From the NCBI GenBank assembly GCA_951406725.2, contig OX597822.1, forward strand, positions 17,670,001 to 17,734,000: a DNA stretch of 64,000 nucleotides. The letters are read 5' to 3'. The stretch is from Octopus vulgaris. Its lineage: Eukaryota. Both the position numbers and the translations under genes were made by a program. A model generated the notes under the pieces. That model saw nothing but the letters and a program-made list of their open reading frames with translations, was not told the origin of the DNA and made no database searches. Positions 40,478 through 54,500 of the stretch are shown piece by piece; positions within the stretch are counted from its first letter, which is position 1, and each line of letters opens with the position of its first letter.

Positions 40478-40554
40478 CTGTGGGAGATGGTTGATGGTTA
40501 AGAAAATGGCAGTTTGCCAGAGTCAGCTCATCTGCTAAATACAAATTTTTACTG
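40478..40554 (-). CDS. Probable small exon (coding or 5'UTR) of the same minus-strand gene
   Basis: Consensus donor CAG|GTGAGT. Acceptor ttgtctacag (NAGNAG) at 40554 or tttagcag at 40531. The frame SKNLYLADELTLANCHFLNHQPSPT-G ends in phase 1, matching the start phase of exon 37856. Confidence 0.5.
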
Positions 40555-42094
40555 CTGTAGACAATGTTGTTTAGTTTCAACTAAAATAAAATTTGGAATT
40601 TTCTTTTTAATTTTTGAAATGTGAGAAAAGTAAGTACTTGGTTGTCTGTTTGATTCATTTAACTCACTTTTAAACAACATGAAGATTTGGAACGAAAAAA
40701 TATTGTACAAACATAATATTCTCAGTTCTCGGTCAAACTTCTTTCACTGCTCACTTGATAAAGTCTGCTTTTCTTGTGTAGAAAGTGGAAGCACTTGTTA
40801 GTTCTCTCATGTTTGTATTTCATATGAAATCCACTGTCCTTGTATTTGTTAATTTCAATGATAATCTAGAATTTAGAGGGATTTAGTAAGTGGTTAATTT
40901 ATTTTTATTAATAAGCTAGTGTTCAGAATGTAACTGAAAGTTTCTTACGCAAAATTTATGTTGGTGGATTCTAACATTTTAAAGTTAAAGGTTTTGTATC
41001 ATAAAACCAGAGATAATGCTATGAAATTTTTATTGAATGCGTTAGACTCTGAATTCCTCATTTCTTGTGATTTGTGAAAGTTTTAATCTTTTGTTACCAT
41101 ATTTCTGATGAAATCCATTTAAAAAATACTGAAGAATTTAATAAATTAACTGACATTATTAAGCTGGTATCTGGAAGAGAAATTAACATGAATTTAGATG
41201 GGAAATTTCATTTTCTATCCCAAGAAGTCTGTATCATAGGACAATGAACCTGTCTCAAGTGAGCTTGTATGAAAAGGGGTGACTTAGGGAGCTAATGTGC
41301 TTGTGGAAGGCAATAAATGTAAGACAGTTTCAGGTAGGTTGTATCAAGATGGTTTGCACTTTGGCCCTGTCACTTCATGAAAGGATTAAACTTATGCCTT
41401 TGCCCCTGTATAAGATGCACTCTTACCTACGACAAATCCCTATATTTTCTTTTCTCTTTTTTTTTTGTGTATGAAAAAACAAAATTTAATCTGTATTCAT
41501 CATACACTTTGTTTAACATCTGTGCTACAGATGCATTAGATGCATGGCAATCGTTTTGTTACATTTAAGAATAAAAGAAGCATGTCTTATTTGCCAACAT
41601 GCACAGTAAGTGGCTAATATGCTTCAGAAAATATGATTGTTTATACAGCCTCATTTTTCTATCCTAATTCTGAAGTTTAGGAAAGAGAAATGGTTCATCC
41701 ATAGTTAGAAGGGCAACTAAGCTCTCAGGAAACTAAATGCTGGGACTGGCTTCCCTTCCTAAATGAAGTCTGTTCAGTTCACTTTTTCTTTTATTTGTAA
41801 TGAAGACCCCTATGTATATTGAACTCAATTTCCATCTAATCTGGCCTTATTGGATATTATATTTTGCGGACTTCTGCATCCTAATAGAGAAAAGAGACCA
41901 CTCAGCAACACTAATGTCATCAACAGGCTCACAGAATATGAAATCGAGGACGTACAAGAGCTTATGATCAACTTTACTTTTCATTCTTTTGAGGTCTATG
42001 CAGCGAGTACGAGTTAAGCACTGAGTATATTGTAATTGACTTACCTTTTTTCCTTAAAGTTGCTGACCTACTATCAAAATTTGAAATCACTATT

Positions 42095-42110
42095 AGTATT
42101 ATTATTATTA

Positions 42111-42148
<38 letters not shown>

Positions 42149-42157
42149 CATCATCAT
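42095..42157. repeat. (ATT)n/(ATC)n microsatellite
   Basis: Trinucleotide run following a decayed SINE tail. Confidence 0.9.
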
Positions 42158-44706
42158 TGCCTATGAATAGAAGGAAATTGGCATTGAGGAAAAAAGTAAG
42201 GAAATTGTAGAATCTTAAATCTATATCTGTGATAGTAGTTGACTTAGTATACCAAATCCACAGAGTTGAAACTATATTCAAACTTAGAGGGGATGGAAGA
42301 TAATGGTTGAATACTAGATAATGTTGGAGGATGTTTAATATTTTCTAGATTTAAAATATTGTGATTCATATATGGGGGGAGACTTTTGAAAGCTTCGGCT
42401 TATGAACACAAGTTACTAATGTGCAGTGAGGCTAAAAGACAACCATTCAATTAAAGAAGAAGACTAAAAGGAAGGAGAAAAAATAACCCAAAAAGACATG
42501 GTGCTGTGAATGGTAAAGATAAAAGGAATAGAAGAATAAGGATAGATTATAGAAATACACTTATTGGAAAGAGAGTGAGAGTGGGGGGAGAAAAAAACCT
42601 GTATTAACTGAAGAACAAACCAGAGTATCAAATGACATAGAACAATAGGAATATGTTAGAGATTATATAACTCTAGAAAACAATAGGTTTTGGAGAAAAT
42701 TGGCTTAGTGATAGAAATATATATGAAACAAGCTAACATAAATGATAAAAAGTTAATATGATTTACTGTCAAATTACCATGGGATATTAATACAGAGTAT
42801 TTCAAGAACAAAAGTGAAAGAGGGCTGGTTACATTCCAAACAGCTACATCAAATTGGTTTTCCAATGTCTTCAGAATGGCATATTGATAAAACTCTAAAA
42901 AAAAAGATGTGTATTTATGAGAAAAAACAGTCTGTGCTTGTGCAATGTACATATATATAATATATATATATATATATATACTCACATTTATGCACATGTA
43001 TATACATTTATGCATACACATATATATCCATATATATAATGATACATGTATATATACACACACACACACATACACATACACACATACACATTAGTATGAT
43101 AACAGGGTAAGAGCATTAGAGGGAGAGGTTAGGAAGGTAAAGGAGGAGGGTAAAATGAAATAAGATAAGATGGGGTATGTAAAGGTTTCATTTTTGTGAT
43201 AAATTTAGGGATATACATACACATAAAGATATATATTAGTTCATAATTGATTACCCATAAGATGTACTTTTTTGCCAAAAAATCTCAAAGCAAAAAAAAA
43301 AAATCCCCCTGGTTCCTGTATTTGAATTTGGACCTAAATTCTTTGCTTTAACACACTGAAACCCTTTTCCTGCAGTATGTGCTACTGATTAACTTTCGTC
43401 TTTGCATGGATATGACTTTTCAGTCATCGTCGTAGGACCTTACAAAATGGACAAAGAAATGAAAGGCACGTTTAAAATGTTTCCTTTGCAACCTTTTGAC
43501 TGTGGATTTAATTCCACTCTGCAACAGCTTGTACAAATGTTTTCTCCTATTAGCACCAATCTGACCAAGGAGAGAAACAGTGCTGAAGCCTTCCTTCTAT
43601 ACTCTGCCCTGATTCTTTATTTCAGCTAATTTAAACTCTGTGCAAATTCATTCCTGCTGTGACTATTACATTGAAGAAATATCTAGGACTTTAAGAACAT
43701 CTTAATGAATTAAACTCTTGAATTCCTAGGAGATAATTCTTTCTGGTGCATAAGGACTAAGTCAGAATTTTAAATAATGTGTGTATACACATGCATATAT
43801 ACATCTACTTATTGGCCTGTTTTTATTTCTTTCACTGGAAAAGGGGAAATGGTCTAATTTGCCATTTTTCCAAGAATAGATATTTGACAAAATCCTGACA
43901 AGTGTTTATTACATTTTAATTCAGTTGTTTAGTTTTTATTGTGTTACCAATTCCATTAATAAATTTCTAATGAGTCCACTGCCTATGGGTTTCAATTCAT
44001 TTTAAATATAATCTAGAATTTGGATGGTTTCACTGACTTCTACCGTCATATTTTAGTAGATAATGTTGGCATTTTGTTTAATGTAGAATCTCAGTGTGGC
44101 ATTCATGTTCTCATGAGATGTTGGTCAAGATTTTAATTAACATGTGTGTCCTTTAACACAGGTCCTCTCTGCCACATTGCTGTTAAAAGTATTGATCACA
44201 ATAACTTTTGTTACACAATCTGTTACTGTCTACAGAAAGAAAAATAGGTTAGTGACACGACATAAACTTCTTTATACATATATATATATATACACATATA
44301 CACTTAAGCAAGAATATCATTGACAGTGACTTTGAAGTTTTGGCCAGCTAAGCTATTGGCTGGAATTACACTTTCAATATTCTTGTATAAGAATAATAAA
44401 TTTATAGCTTGTGAAAGTATGAAGTAACCCATCAGATGAATGTAAAATTGTTTTTTTATTATAACTGAACAGAAAATGAACATTTATGTACACACACGCA
44501 CACGTGTGTGTGTATACTCTCACTTATCTACAAGCTGTGACAATGAGCAGGAATTTCTGTTAAGTGTCGGAAATATTTTAACAGAGACTTGAACCAAAAT
44601 TGGCAAATCATCTTGCCAGGAACTAAATAGCTCTCTCTCTCTCTCTGGAAATTGTGTACACACATGCACAAACATACACGCACACATTGTATAAAGCAGC
44701 CTGCCC

Positions 44707-44717
44707 ACGTCACTTCC
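44707..44717 (-). promoter_or_regulatory. ETS-CRE composite motif, candidate alternative promoter
   Basis: Minus strand GGAAGTGACGT in unique sequence, ~180 nt upstream of a donor-like TAA|gtgaga at 44524. Confidence 0.3.
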
Positions 44718-45627
44718 AGATTAAACTGTCTGTATTGAGATATAAGACAAACATTCTTCCATTTCATGCTTACAAACAGTAATTAACTCCTATAACAAAT
44801 TGCTTGATGTTAAATAAATACTTAGCAAGTATTTTTATTTGCTTTGACATCACCCCACCTTGTTTTCTAATCATTTACTTATTGTAAAATATTCATATAT
44901 TCACTTTGAGTAATTAATATCATTTAAATATTACTAAAGTTCAACATCCTTCTACAATTAGACAATAATGCAAATTCACTGAAGTTTATGTATCACACAT
45001 ACGTATGAATGAGCATGTGTATGTATGTATACATACACACTCATACATACAAGCATATATATATATACACCCACATACACACAGACACACATGCATGTAT
45101 GTATATACATATACAGTATACATCGTATTCTATTTTCATGGTGAAAAATGTTTTCCGACATGAAGTAGAGCGGGTTGGGGAAATGGTTAAAGACTGACCT
45201 CTGTGTTGAAAATATTTCTGTTTGTAAGACAAGAGAAGCAGGAAGCAAAAAGGATGCCAAGATATTATCAACAAATACCATTGCCAATATAGACAGTAAG
45301 TGGGCTGACCCTGGAGTAATTTTCAGACAGCCGACTAAACATTCCTTGTAAAAGCATTGTTATTCTTTCTGATATTGTTAAATGCTTTGGTAGTGGATGG
45401 GATGTTGAGGCAGTAAAAATACCAGACTAGATATTTTATGGAAAATATCCAGTTTTTGTTATCTTGCGATTCTGAGTTCAAATCTTACCATGGTTCACTT
45501 CGGATTTTATTCATCTTCGGTTAAAGAAGGCTGAAGGGGTGTCTATAGTGAAAGACCAAGTTTATCAGGAGTAAAACCCACATCCAAAGAGGGACTTTCT
45601 TAATAGAGTTGATAATGAATAAATTCA

Positions 45628-45964
45628 GGAGATGTACTCACATAGCAAGTAATTTGATCTGAGATCGTGTGCTGAAACGAAAACAATTGCAGCGTGGAAG
45701 GTGTTTATAAGCCATTTAAGAAACACACAAAAGCCGCTCGATTCACTTCAACATTTAAGTTTAATTTGTCAAAATATTTTCGTCGCTAAAATCCGCGACC
45801 TGTTCACTGACAAAAATCCATGCAGCACGGATTTTTGTCAGTGAACAGGTCGCGGATTTTAGCGACGAAAATATTTTGACAAATTAAACTTAAATGTTGA
45901 AGTGAATCGAGCGGCTTTTGTGTGTTTCTTAAATGGCTTATAAACACCTTCCACGCTGCAATTG
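45628..45964. mobile_element. Young palindromic PLE-derived insertion with TSD-like flanks
   Basis: IR 45684-45964 has 140-nt arms around a 1-nt centre at 45824; one mismatch seen near the centre. Direct repeat TGAATAAATTCA at 45616-45627 and 45963-45974. CpGs retained. Confidence 0.9.
45834..45883 (+). ncRNA. Minimal type I hammerhead ribozyme, G3:C8 variant (mirror copy on minus strand at 45765-45814)
   Basis: Stem I UUUGUCA/UGACAAA; core GUGAACA; one extra G; stem II GUCGC/GCGAC; GAAA; palindromic stem III AAUAUU; cleavage predicted after U45876. Confidence 0.7.
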
Positions 45965-46009
45965 AATAAATTCAATTTAGAAGGAAGAAAGAAAAATATA
46001 GAATTTATT

Positions 46010-46517
46010 TACTTAGTTCAGTCATTTGACTGTGGCCATGCTGGGGCACCACCTTGAATTTTTAGTTGAATGAATTGACCCCAGTACTTAATTTTTGTTT
46101 TTAAACCTTGTACTTATCAAATCAATCTCTTCTGCTGAACCACTAAGTTACAGGGGTGTAAGCATACCACCAGCAGTTGTCAAGTGGTGGAGGGGAGACA
46201 AACACACACATCATCATCATCACCATCGTTTAACGTCTGCTTTCCATGCTAGCATGGGTTGGACGGTTCGACTGGGGTCTGGGAAGCCAGGAGGCTGCAC
46301 CAGGCTCCAGTCTGATCTGGCAGTGTTTCTACAGCTGGATTCCCTTCCTAACACCAAGCACTCCGTGAGTGTAGTGGGTGCGTTTTACGTGCCAATAGCA
46401 CAGGTGCCAGGGGAGGCTGGCAGTGAACATGATCGGTTGGTGCTTTTTACGTGCCACCAGCACAGAAGCCAGTCAAGGTGGCGCTGGCATCGGCCACGTT
46501 CGGGTGGTGCTTTTACA
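46010..46517 (-). mobile_element. SINE 3' half abutting an RTE 3'UTR fragment at its (CA)n hinge
   Basis: 46010-46209 matches the SINE at 58707-58915; 46210-46517 is an RTE tail plus UTR repeats. Confidence 0.8.
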
Positions 46518-48877
46518 TAAGTAGAGAAGATAATTTTGAAAAAGTTATACTATCAGTATTATCCATTTATTCTGGTGCTATACTTCAATGAAGAAATTTA
46601 ATATTCCAGTTTTTTAATTAACAGTTAAATGCCTCTAAATAGGTAACCTAAAACAAATTTCAATAGCATGAGGAGATTCTTCCAAACCATGCTTGCTTCC
46701 ATGTTTTCAGATATTAAGAGACTGATCCATTAAGTGCCATCTCTCTGTCTTGTGCCCTTAGGAATGTCAATGAGTGCAACAATACCTTTGATTACCATAT
46801 AGATACCGTTTAACATTTAATCAATGAAAGTTCCCTCTGCATGACCAATCCACCTGTTTGAAATAGCACCCAAATGTCTCTCAAATCACACAATTTGCCG
46901 TCTTAAAAAGTGAAAGATGCGTCCGGTTGTATAATTCTCTATATGTTTGGTTTAAAAATGAGAGGTTGATAATATTTGGAATGTCTTTGATTCCAGGCTT
47001 TCTGTATCAGTCTCGACCTGGGTCTAAACAACAACAGGATCCTCTCTTGGAAAGTTACCCTTTATTTATCTATGATTAATATAAGAAGTAAAAATATATA
47101 TTGAAGGGGCTAAAAAGAAACAAACAAGAAAATGTGGATGAAATCTTTGGAAGTAATAATTTCTTCAAAGAAGAGTATAAAACATTGATGAAATGAAGGT
47201 GAGTAAAGCATTTCAACTAGGCTGGAAGAAGAATTCTTTGCCGAAAATATATGGTAATGCAAATGATGCTGATAAAAGTAGTGGCATTTAATGAAGATAG
47301 CAGTATGAGTCTGTAGAGTAGAGTGCTGCCATTTCATTATTATGTCTTTTGAAATACCTCCAATGTATGGCTGCCGTATTCTTTGATGAAGAATTGCAAT
47401 GGCTTGAGTTTCTTTTAACACTATTGTGTTAGAAAATGAACTCATTTTATTTTTGCAATGCTTCAGGGGCTCAGTTCACCATTGCCAAAATATCTTTTCA
47501 CTTATATTGAATAAAATGCATATTAAATACAACATTATCATAAATTGCTGCTGAATGTTTAATTGCAATGTGAATTATGTAAGACAGATAATTGTTTTAG
47601 TGAACAAATAGTTTCAAAATTAGAACTTTTCAGATTTTTTATATGAATTTTGTCTGTTAGTTACTTAATTAGTTTTTGTTTGTTTTTTTTATTTTAATTA
47701 TTCTTTGTTTTTTTTTTTATTTTAGTTATTCTTGTTAAATTATTCATTACTTATAAAATATAATTAAAAATAAATCAGTCCTTTAAAAATGATTTTTAAA
47801 AGATTTTTACAGGCTAAAAATATATCTAATAAATATTTATTGCTAGGAACTTGAAAATATGTGATTCATTAATGTGCAAATGAAATTGTGTGTGTGTGTG
47901 AAAGAAAGTGAGGGCAGTGGAGAGAAGTAAGTGAGAGAAACAATATTGAAATTAATGTAGAAGTGATTTTATAAAAGATCTGTTTAGAGTATTATTTGTA
48001 TAACAGCAATATGTTATTGCAAAAGTTAAAAAAAAAAAAGAAGAAAATTAAAAATCTGGTCTGATTACTAATAAATGTCAATAACCTTAAAGTTATTAGA
48101 TTTTTGGTAAGAAGATATTTTTTGAGAATTCAATGATTTGTCATTTTTATTTTCTTGCTATCAGTTCAGTTGAGAAAATTAAACAGTACAGTTCCATCGA
48201 TTGCATAGAATGGTCTTGTTGGCTGAGACATTATGGGTCGGTCTCCAGTTACAGTTCCTGTAATATTCTGTTCAGATGAAAGCTCTAACTCAATTCAGTG
48301 ACAACTAGACAAGAGTGAACAGTCATGGCTGTCTGGCCATGAGGCTTATTTACAGCCAAAGCATGTGATTCACTGGACTAATTGTTGTCTTTTTTTTTTT
48401 TCATCTCCAGACCAGCACTGATCACACAAATAATAACAGCTGTTCTAAGCCTTATCTCCCCATTCATTTATTTTCTGTTCACTTGATACATATTTAGACT
48501 TTTGTTTTTTCTTGCTGCACTGTGGCCATGCTGGAGCACTGGTTGGAAGTGTTTACTCAAACAAATCAGACCCAGCACATATTTTTTTCTTTTTTTAAAA
48601 AAGTCTGGTACTTATTCTATCAGCCTCTTTCGCTAAACCACTAATGTTATCAGGATGTAAACAAGCCAACACCAGTTTCCAAGTAATGTAGAAACAAAGG
48701 CATTAATACATACATATATGTATATATATATCAGCAATGCTCTGTAACTACTGTCTCAGCTATAACCTTGGAGCCTTTGTAATCTGTTACAACACTTACC
48801 TAGCATACCTAGTCGTTTAAATCACCTGTGAGCTAAACCCCCATATTTTGTATGTGAGTGTACACACACGCACGCAT

Positions 48878-48912
<35 letters not shown>

Positions 48913-50323
48913 CTTCTATATAATTTCCATTTCTGAAATTCACTGACAAAGCATTGGTTGTCGTGGGGCTATAGTAGAAGGACTATAGTAGTGCAGTGGG
49001 CCTGGACTCGAAACCACATGGCTGCAGTGTGAGCAATACACATTCAGGGTTACAGGTTTAGTCCCATTTATTCTTGGATCAGTGTCCCCTACCATAGCCC
49101 CAGGCCAACAGCCAAAGACTCTTGTGAGTAGATTTGGTAGATGGAAACTGAAAGAAGCCCACCGTGTCTGTCTCTGTTGTACAAGTACAGTGTGTTGTTA
49201 ATATGGTTTGTTATGAATATGCTGAGCAAACATGTTTAACCATGGGAAAATATTAACTTGCTTGGAAAGAAGTGAAACTTGGCGACAGGAAGGACTACTA
49301 GTTTGATCCATGAAGCAGGGTAAAGAGGATGTCATCATGATGACGACAACGATGATGATGATGATGATGATATATATGATGGTTGTCCACTTGTTAGACA
49401 AGTATGACAATTGCTGACAGGTGACAGCATGCCTGTGCGACGTCTTTGATTGTGGCTTGCACAGCAATGACTCTCACAAACTGTACAAAGGAACCCAGAG
49501 GCAAGCAAAGTGCAAAATATCCCTCCATGTAGAGCAGCAGGTGTTATAGAGGGATGCCTCACAGCAATGCCTGCACCCATGAACTTTCCTTACATTGTAT
49601 TTAGGGGCCTTTAAGGATGTTTTCGTCTTGTTGTAGTAATGCAAATCCTATGAAGGTTCTGGAACACATTTACTTCACAATTAGAAATCTCATTAATTAT
49701 ATAAGCTCTCTCCCGTCACAAACTGTTGCTGGTTAATTATATTCAGGGATGAATATTTGATTGATCTATTTCCTGGTGATTATTTATTGACAATTTAAAG
49801 TAACACTTCAACTGATGTCTGCTGCTATCAAACACCAAGCTATTACCTCCAAACAGGAGGCAGGTTGTTTTATCTCAAGCTGGAGGTGGGGGACACATCT
49901 AATAACATCTGGAATGATTACAATAGTTATTAACCCCTATAATCTTCCTAGGGTCTTAAAGCACATGGTCTCTGGTTTGGAGATGGTAGGGAGCTGGTTG
50001 GAGATTTGGCTGTTATTTCATGCAGTCCCTGCCTCCCTGTTTGTCACAGTTGATTGATCACATTCAAAGTAATTTCTAGAATCTCTTTGCATTTTTATTT
50101 ATTTATTCATCTTTTATCTTGTTGTAATCAATAGCTTTGTTGGTTGCAGGCTTCCAATTGGTCAGTCATTGATTCACTGTATTTCCTAAGGTGCAAGTGA
50201 ATAATGAGCAATTGTCTGCAGAGTGGCACTTTAGCTGAGTGATTTCTACCATAGTCCCAAAGACTTGGCATTAGATTTAGCAGACAGAAACTGGAAGAAG
50301 CATGTCATATATATCTATACACA

Positions 50324-50484
50324 GGTGCAGGCATGGTTGCGTGGTAAGAAGCTTGCCCCCCAACCACATAGTCTGAGTTCAGTCCTACTGCATGGCACCT
50401 TGAGCAAGTGTCTTCTACTATAGCCTTGGGCTGACCAAAGCCTTGTGAGTAGATTTGATAGATGGAAACTAGAAGAAGCCCATC

Positions 50485-50535
<51 letters not shown>

Positions 50536-50739
50536 CATTTGTGTGTCTGTGTTTGTCCTCCCACCATTGCTTTACAATCAATCTTGGTGTGTTTATGTCC
50601 CTGTAACTTAGCAGTTTGGCAACAGGGACCAATAGAATAAGTACTAGGCTTACAAAGAATAAGTCCTAGAGTCGATTTGTTCAACTAAATGTGGTGCTCC
50701 AGCATGGCCACAGTCAAATGACTGAAAGAAGTAAAAGAA
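50324..50739 (+). mobile_element. Full-length tRNA/CORE-like SINE
   Basis: A box tggttgcgtgg, B box gagttcagtcc, caccttgagcaagtg, (TG)n hinge, tail cagtcaaatgactgaaagaagtaaaaga. Confidence 0.9.
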
Positions 50740-51179
50740 TATATGCATATATTATTTGAAGTAACAGAGTGACTCAAGGGTTGAGATTTTTATGTGTTAG
50801 CAACTTATGTGTGAGTGTGTGTATTCTTGTGTATTGATAGCATGTGATGGTTGTAAACAAAGCTCACCAGTATGCAAGCAGTGTTGTTTTCAGTTTTGTG
50901 TGAAAACCATGACTGGTCATGAGGAAATATTACCTTGCTTAGAAATATGTTAGGGTTTATGACAGGATGGTCATCTGGCTGTAGAAAATCAGCCCTAACA
51001 AGTTCCATCTGACCCCTCAAGCATGGACATTAAGTGATGGGGATGATAAACATGTAGTACTTTCTTTCAAGGTACCACTCTACTGGTTTCTCTTGTTGAT
51101 GTCTACCTGATATTCCTCACCAAAAGATACACACATATATATATGATGACTTAATACTCAGTCTCTTTTTCTCAAATGG

Positions 51180-51585
51180 GTTTTTATGGTAAGAACCAGA
51201 GAAATGAGGTGGGACACATGCTTTTGTACCTCATTCATTCTTTTTCTCTATATTTCCCAATTTTCCGATGAAAAAGCTTTAAATTCGGAATCCATGCTTG
51301 ATAACATGAAACTCCTATCCATTTTCAAAGTTGACGAAAAATCGATGCCAACAAAATGTGGAAAAAATCTCCCAAAATTCACTGAGTTCAGATATCAGGT
51401 CAAGCAATGTCGGATACTATAACCCAACTATTTACAAAGTGAAATCATGTATTTTCACAAATGTATTAACGAGATTTGTGCTTAAATTCACATTTAAATA
51501 ACAATGGGTACTCTCGGTCGGGTTGGTCTTGTGAACCAAAAAATTTTTCGGCCGGCAACAGCCGGGTTAGTATCTATAGGGTTAA
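51180..51585 (-). mobile_element. Possible piggyBac-like transposon end
   Basis: Minus-strand start ttaaccctatagatactaacccggctgttgccggccg; relatively CpG-rich. The other end was not found. Confidence 0.35.
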
Positions 51586-54500
51586 GCTGTGTGCAGGGCT
51601 TGTGTTGCTGAGTAGCTCATAGAAGCAGAAGATGTTGTAGTAATGCTGTTCAATGCTTGATAGCTAATTAGATGTGGCCAATGACAAATAATTATCTTTG
51701 CAGTTGATATGTTACATCAGTAAAAGTAGTATGTCAGTTATTTGCCCTTCAGTAGAGGGGACTTGCATTGTATCAGTTCTAACATGTGTGACTCTTGGCC
51801 ACACTAGGCGTCCACCTTCGTCGGTTTAGTTGAACAAATCAATCCCAGAACTTTTTCTTTTGAAGTTTGGTACTCATTTCATCAATCTCTTTTGCTGAAT
51901 TGCTAAGTTACAAGAATGTAAACAAACTGACACTGGTTGTCTAGTCGTGGGGGATAGGACGAACACACATACACTTATAGGAGTAGCGTCCACATGGTTC
52001 CAGTCAACCAAATTCACTTGCAGGGTGTTGGTCACTTGCAGTGCCTATTGTAGAAGATGCATGTGGTTGCAAAACTAGCTTCTTAGGCCCACAACTATAC
52101 CTGTGTCTTTGAAAGCAATCTGGGAACAGCTTTCTTCAATTCAGTCCATCATCATCATCACCATTTCATTCTCTATGGTACCATTGGTTGACTGAGAGGT
52201 TTTATGACTGGATACCCTCCTACCCAACCCATTTGGTTATCTCTAATTGATATACAATGTAGCTAATCTAAAGCCATAAATAATATTCAGGTTGTTGTTG
52301 TTGTCGATGCTCTATTTTAAAAATACCAAGAACTAAATATTTCATGTGAGCAATAACATTGTTTTCCATTTTGTTAATTAAAATTTTTTTTTGTGATAAA
52401 TCATATTATTGAGGATGTATTCCCTATCCTGTTACTGCTAGTTCTCAATTTTCAAGGGTAAATATTTGAGTGTTAATTAATTTTCAGATTCACGCAATAC
52501 TCCAAACACATCTGCTATTTTAAGTGAAAAACGGTGCATCTTAACACCTTATATTTCTAGAGACTTAGAACATGTAGTTAGCTGTTTGGAGATGGGAAGG
52601 AATTTGTTGGAGATTAGGCTGTTATAACTGTATGTCATCTTTATTTAATGTATGATTTAAGGGAAAATGAGCTGCTATTCTTAGCCTGTCAACTGTACAG
52701 AGGACCCCTTGTTGACTCTTTATGCCTTTCATTTTTAATAAAATTGTATAAAACCAAATTGAATGGTAGAATATATTGTAGTGATGATTTAGTCCCTGAT
52801 GATCCCTGATTGATCAGAGCCTTAAAGAGACATTTCAACCATAACCATCTTTTTCTTGGCACCACATACTCTACTGCATCCCTCTTTCCCAAGATTTACT
52901 GGATTTTTTACTATTATTTATAGCACATTCGACACCTATGTTGAAGCTCCCGTCTCACTGTAGGCAGCTTGTGTTCCTATTTACTTAGCTCTGAGTGGGG
53001 ATCTCAAGTAGCTGTTATTGAACTCCATCTAGTCACTGACAAACTTAAAATCAAGGCATTCCATCCATGACCATTTCATCAGGGTCACATAGTTGGGACT
53101 ACATTGTTTAATGTAGTCTAAGCTATATGAAAGTGAATTTTTCAGAAGGTAGGATATGATTCAAGAGGGACTTGCCTAACATTTCAGTCAAGTTTCAATG
53201 TAGTCAATCCTTTGTGCATACTCTGGTAGGTTTAGTCCACTGCCTTCATGCCTAATTAAATTCTTATTGTGACCATTGGCTATTTTGTTGTGAAATATAT
53301 TTTTGGACTGGGAGAGATCTGCTTCAATTTACCTGGACGCTTGACATTTAATGCAGTTGCTTGAAACTCGATTCTGAGTTGGAATTTTATCAATTCTCAG
53401 TGAATTAAGGATAAGAGAAAGGGAAAAGGGACACACACACACACACTAAAGAACAAGGTGAGAAATAATATCCTGCAGGTTGTTGTGGACTTCTCAAGAC
53501 TGCTTCATTAGGTTGCAACCAACATTTCTTCGAAAAAAAATTGATTTACAAAAATCAGTGAAGGAAAAAAGAAAAAGAAGTTGGAATTAATATTTCACTC
53601 ATGTAGTATTTTAACATTTTGTAGGCAGAATGCAAGATTAACTGTTAAAAAAGAATTTAATTAATAATTTAATGATATGTCAACGATAATTAGAATGTGT
53701 CGGCCATGTTGGAGCAAGCTCTGCAGTTTGTTTACTAATCAACAGTGTTGGAACAGGTAGAAAGAATTGTTGTCAGTGGTGAAGCGTATAAGTGTCAGTG
53801 AAGTAGATAAGTAAGAGTTGAATCCTGTTTACTTTAACAAGACATAACTTACAAAATTGTTGATAGAGAAATTTTTTTTTCTATCTGTTGATAAATGAAA
53901 CTAAGTAGATAAGTTTGTCCAGAATTTATTAAGACTGTTGAAGTAATGGTTTATTTGTTGGGTTTTTTTTGTTTTACTGTAACAAACTTTATTTTATTAT
54001 ATTTGTTTGTCCTTTGTGTATTTGGTTGTGAAAGATTACTCATTTGACCAGGGAAAAATTGACAACATTTTAAGAAGAAAATACAAATACAGTAAGAGCA
54101 GAAGACTAGCACAGTTCTTTTGGTCCAAACATTTTGAACTTAGATTAAATATAGTGGTTATGTTGAGGAGGTATAATATTCATGTGGTTTTTGTTCACAC
54201 AGCAAAGTGTTCAAAGCCCACCACTTTCCTGTTTGTAAAGTTGGTACCTGTATACTTGGCATGGTGAGCTAAGAAATTTTAGTTAAAATTACTCTGTTAA
54301 TGATGAGAGCAATAGCTTTGTAAGCAATTAATTCTTAGCAAAAACAGTAGGAGCAGATAAACCTGAAACTTCTATTAATTAAAATTAATCAAATACAAAA
54401 TTGTTTCAACAAATGTCATCTTATCTATGTTAGCAATATATGTCTTGAACATTATAACCCTCATGGAGCCTGTCTCCATAAATGATCAATGACGATTTCT

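Noticed and set aside
47110-47445. 111-aa minus ORF and a plus-strand gtgagt donor
   Set aside because: No motif, no matching acceptor, and stops in the plus frames.
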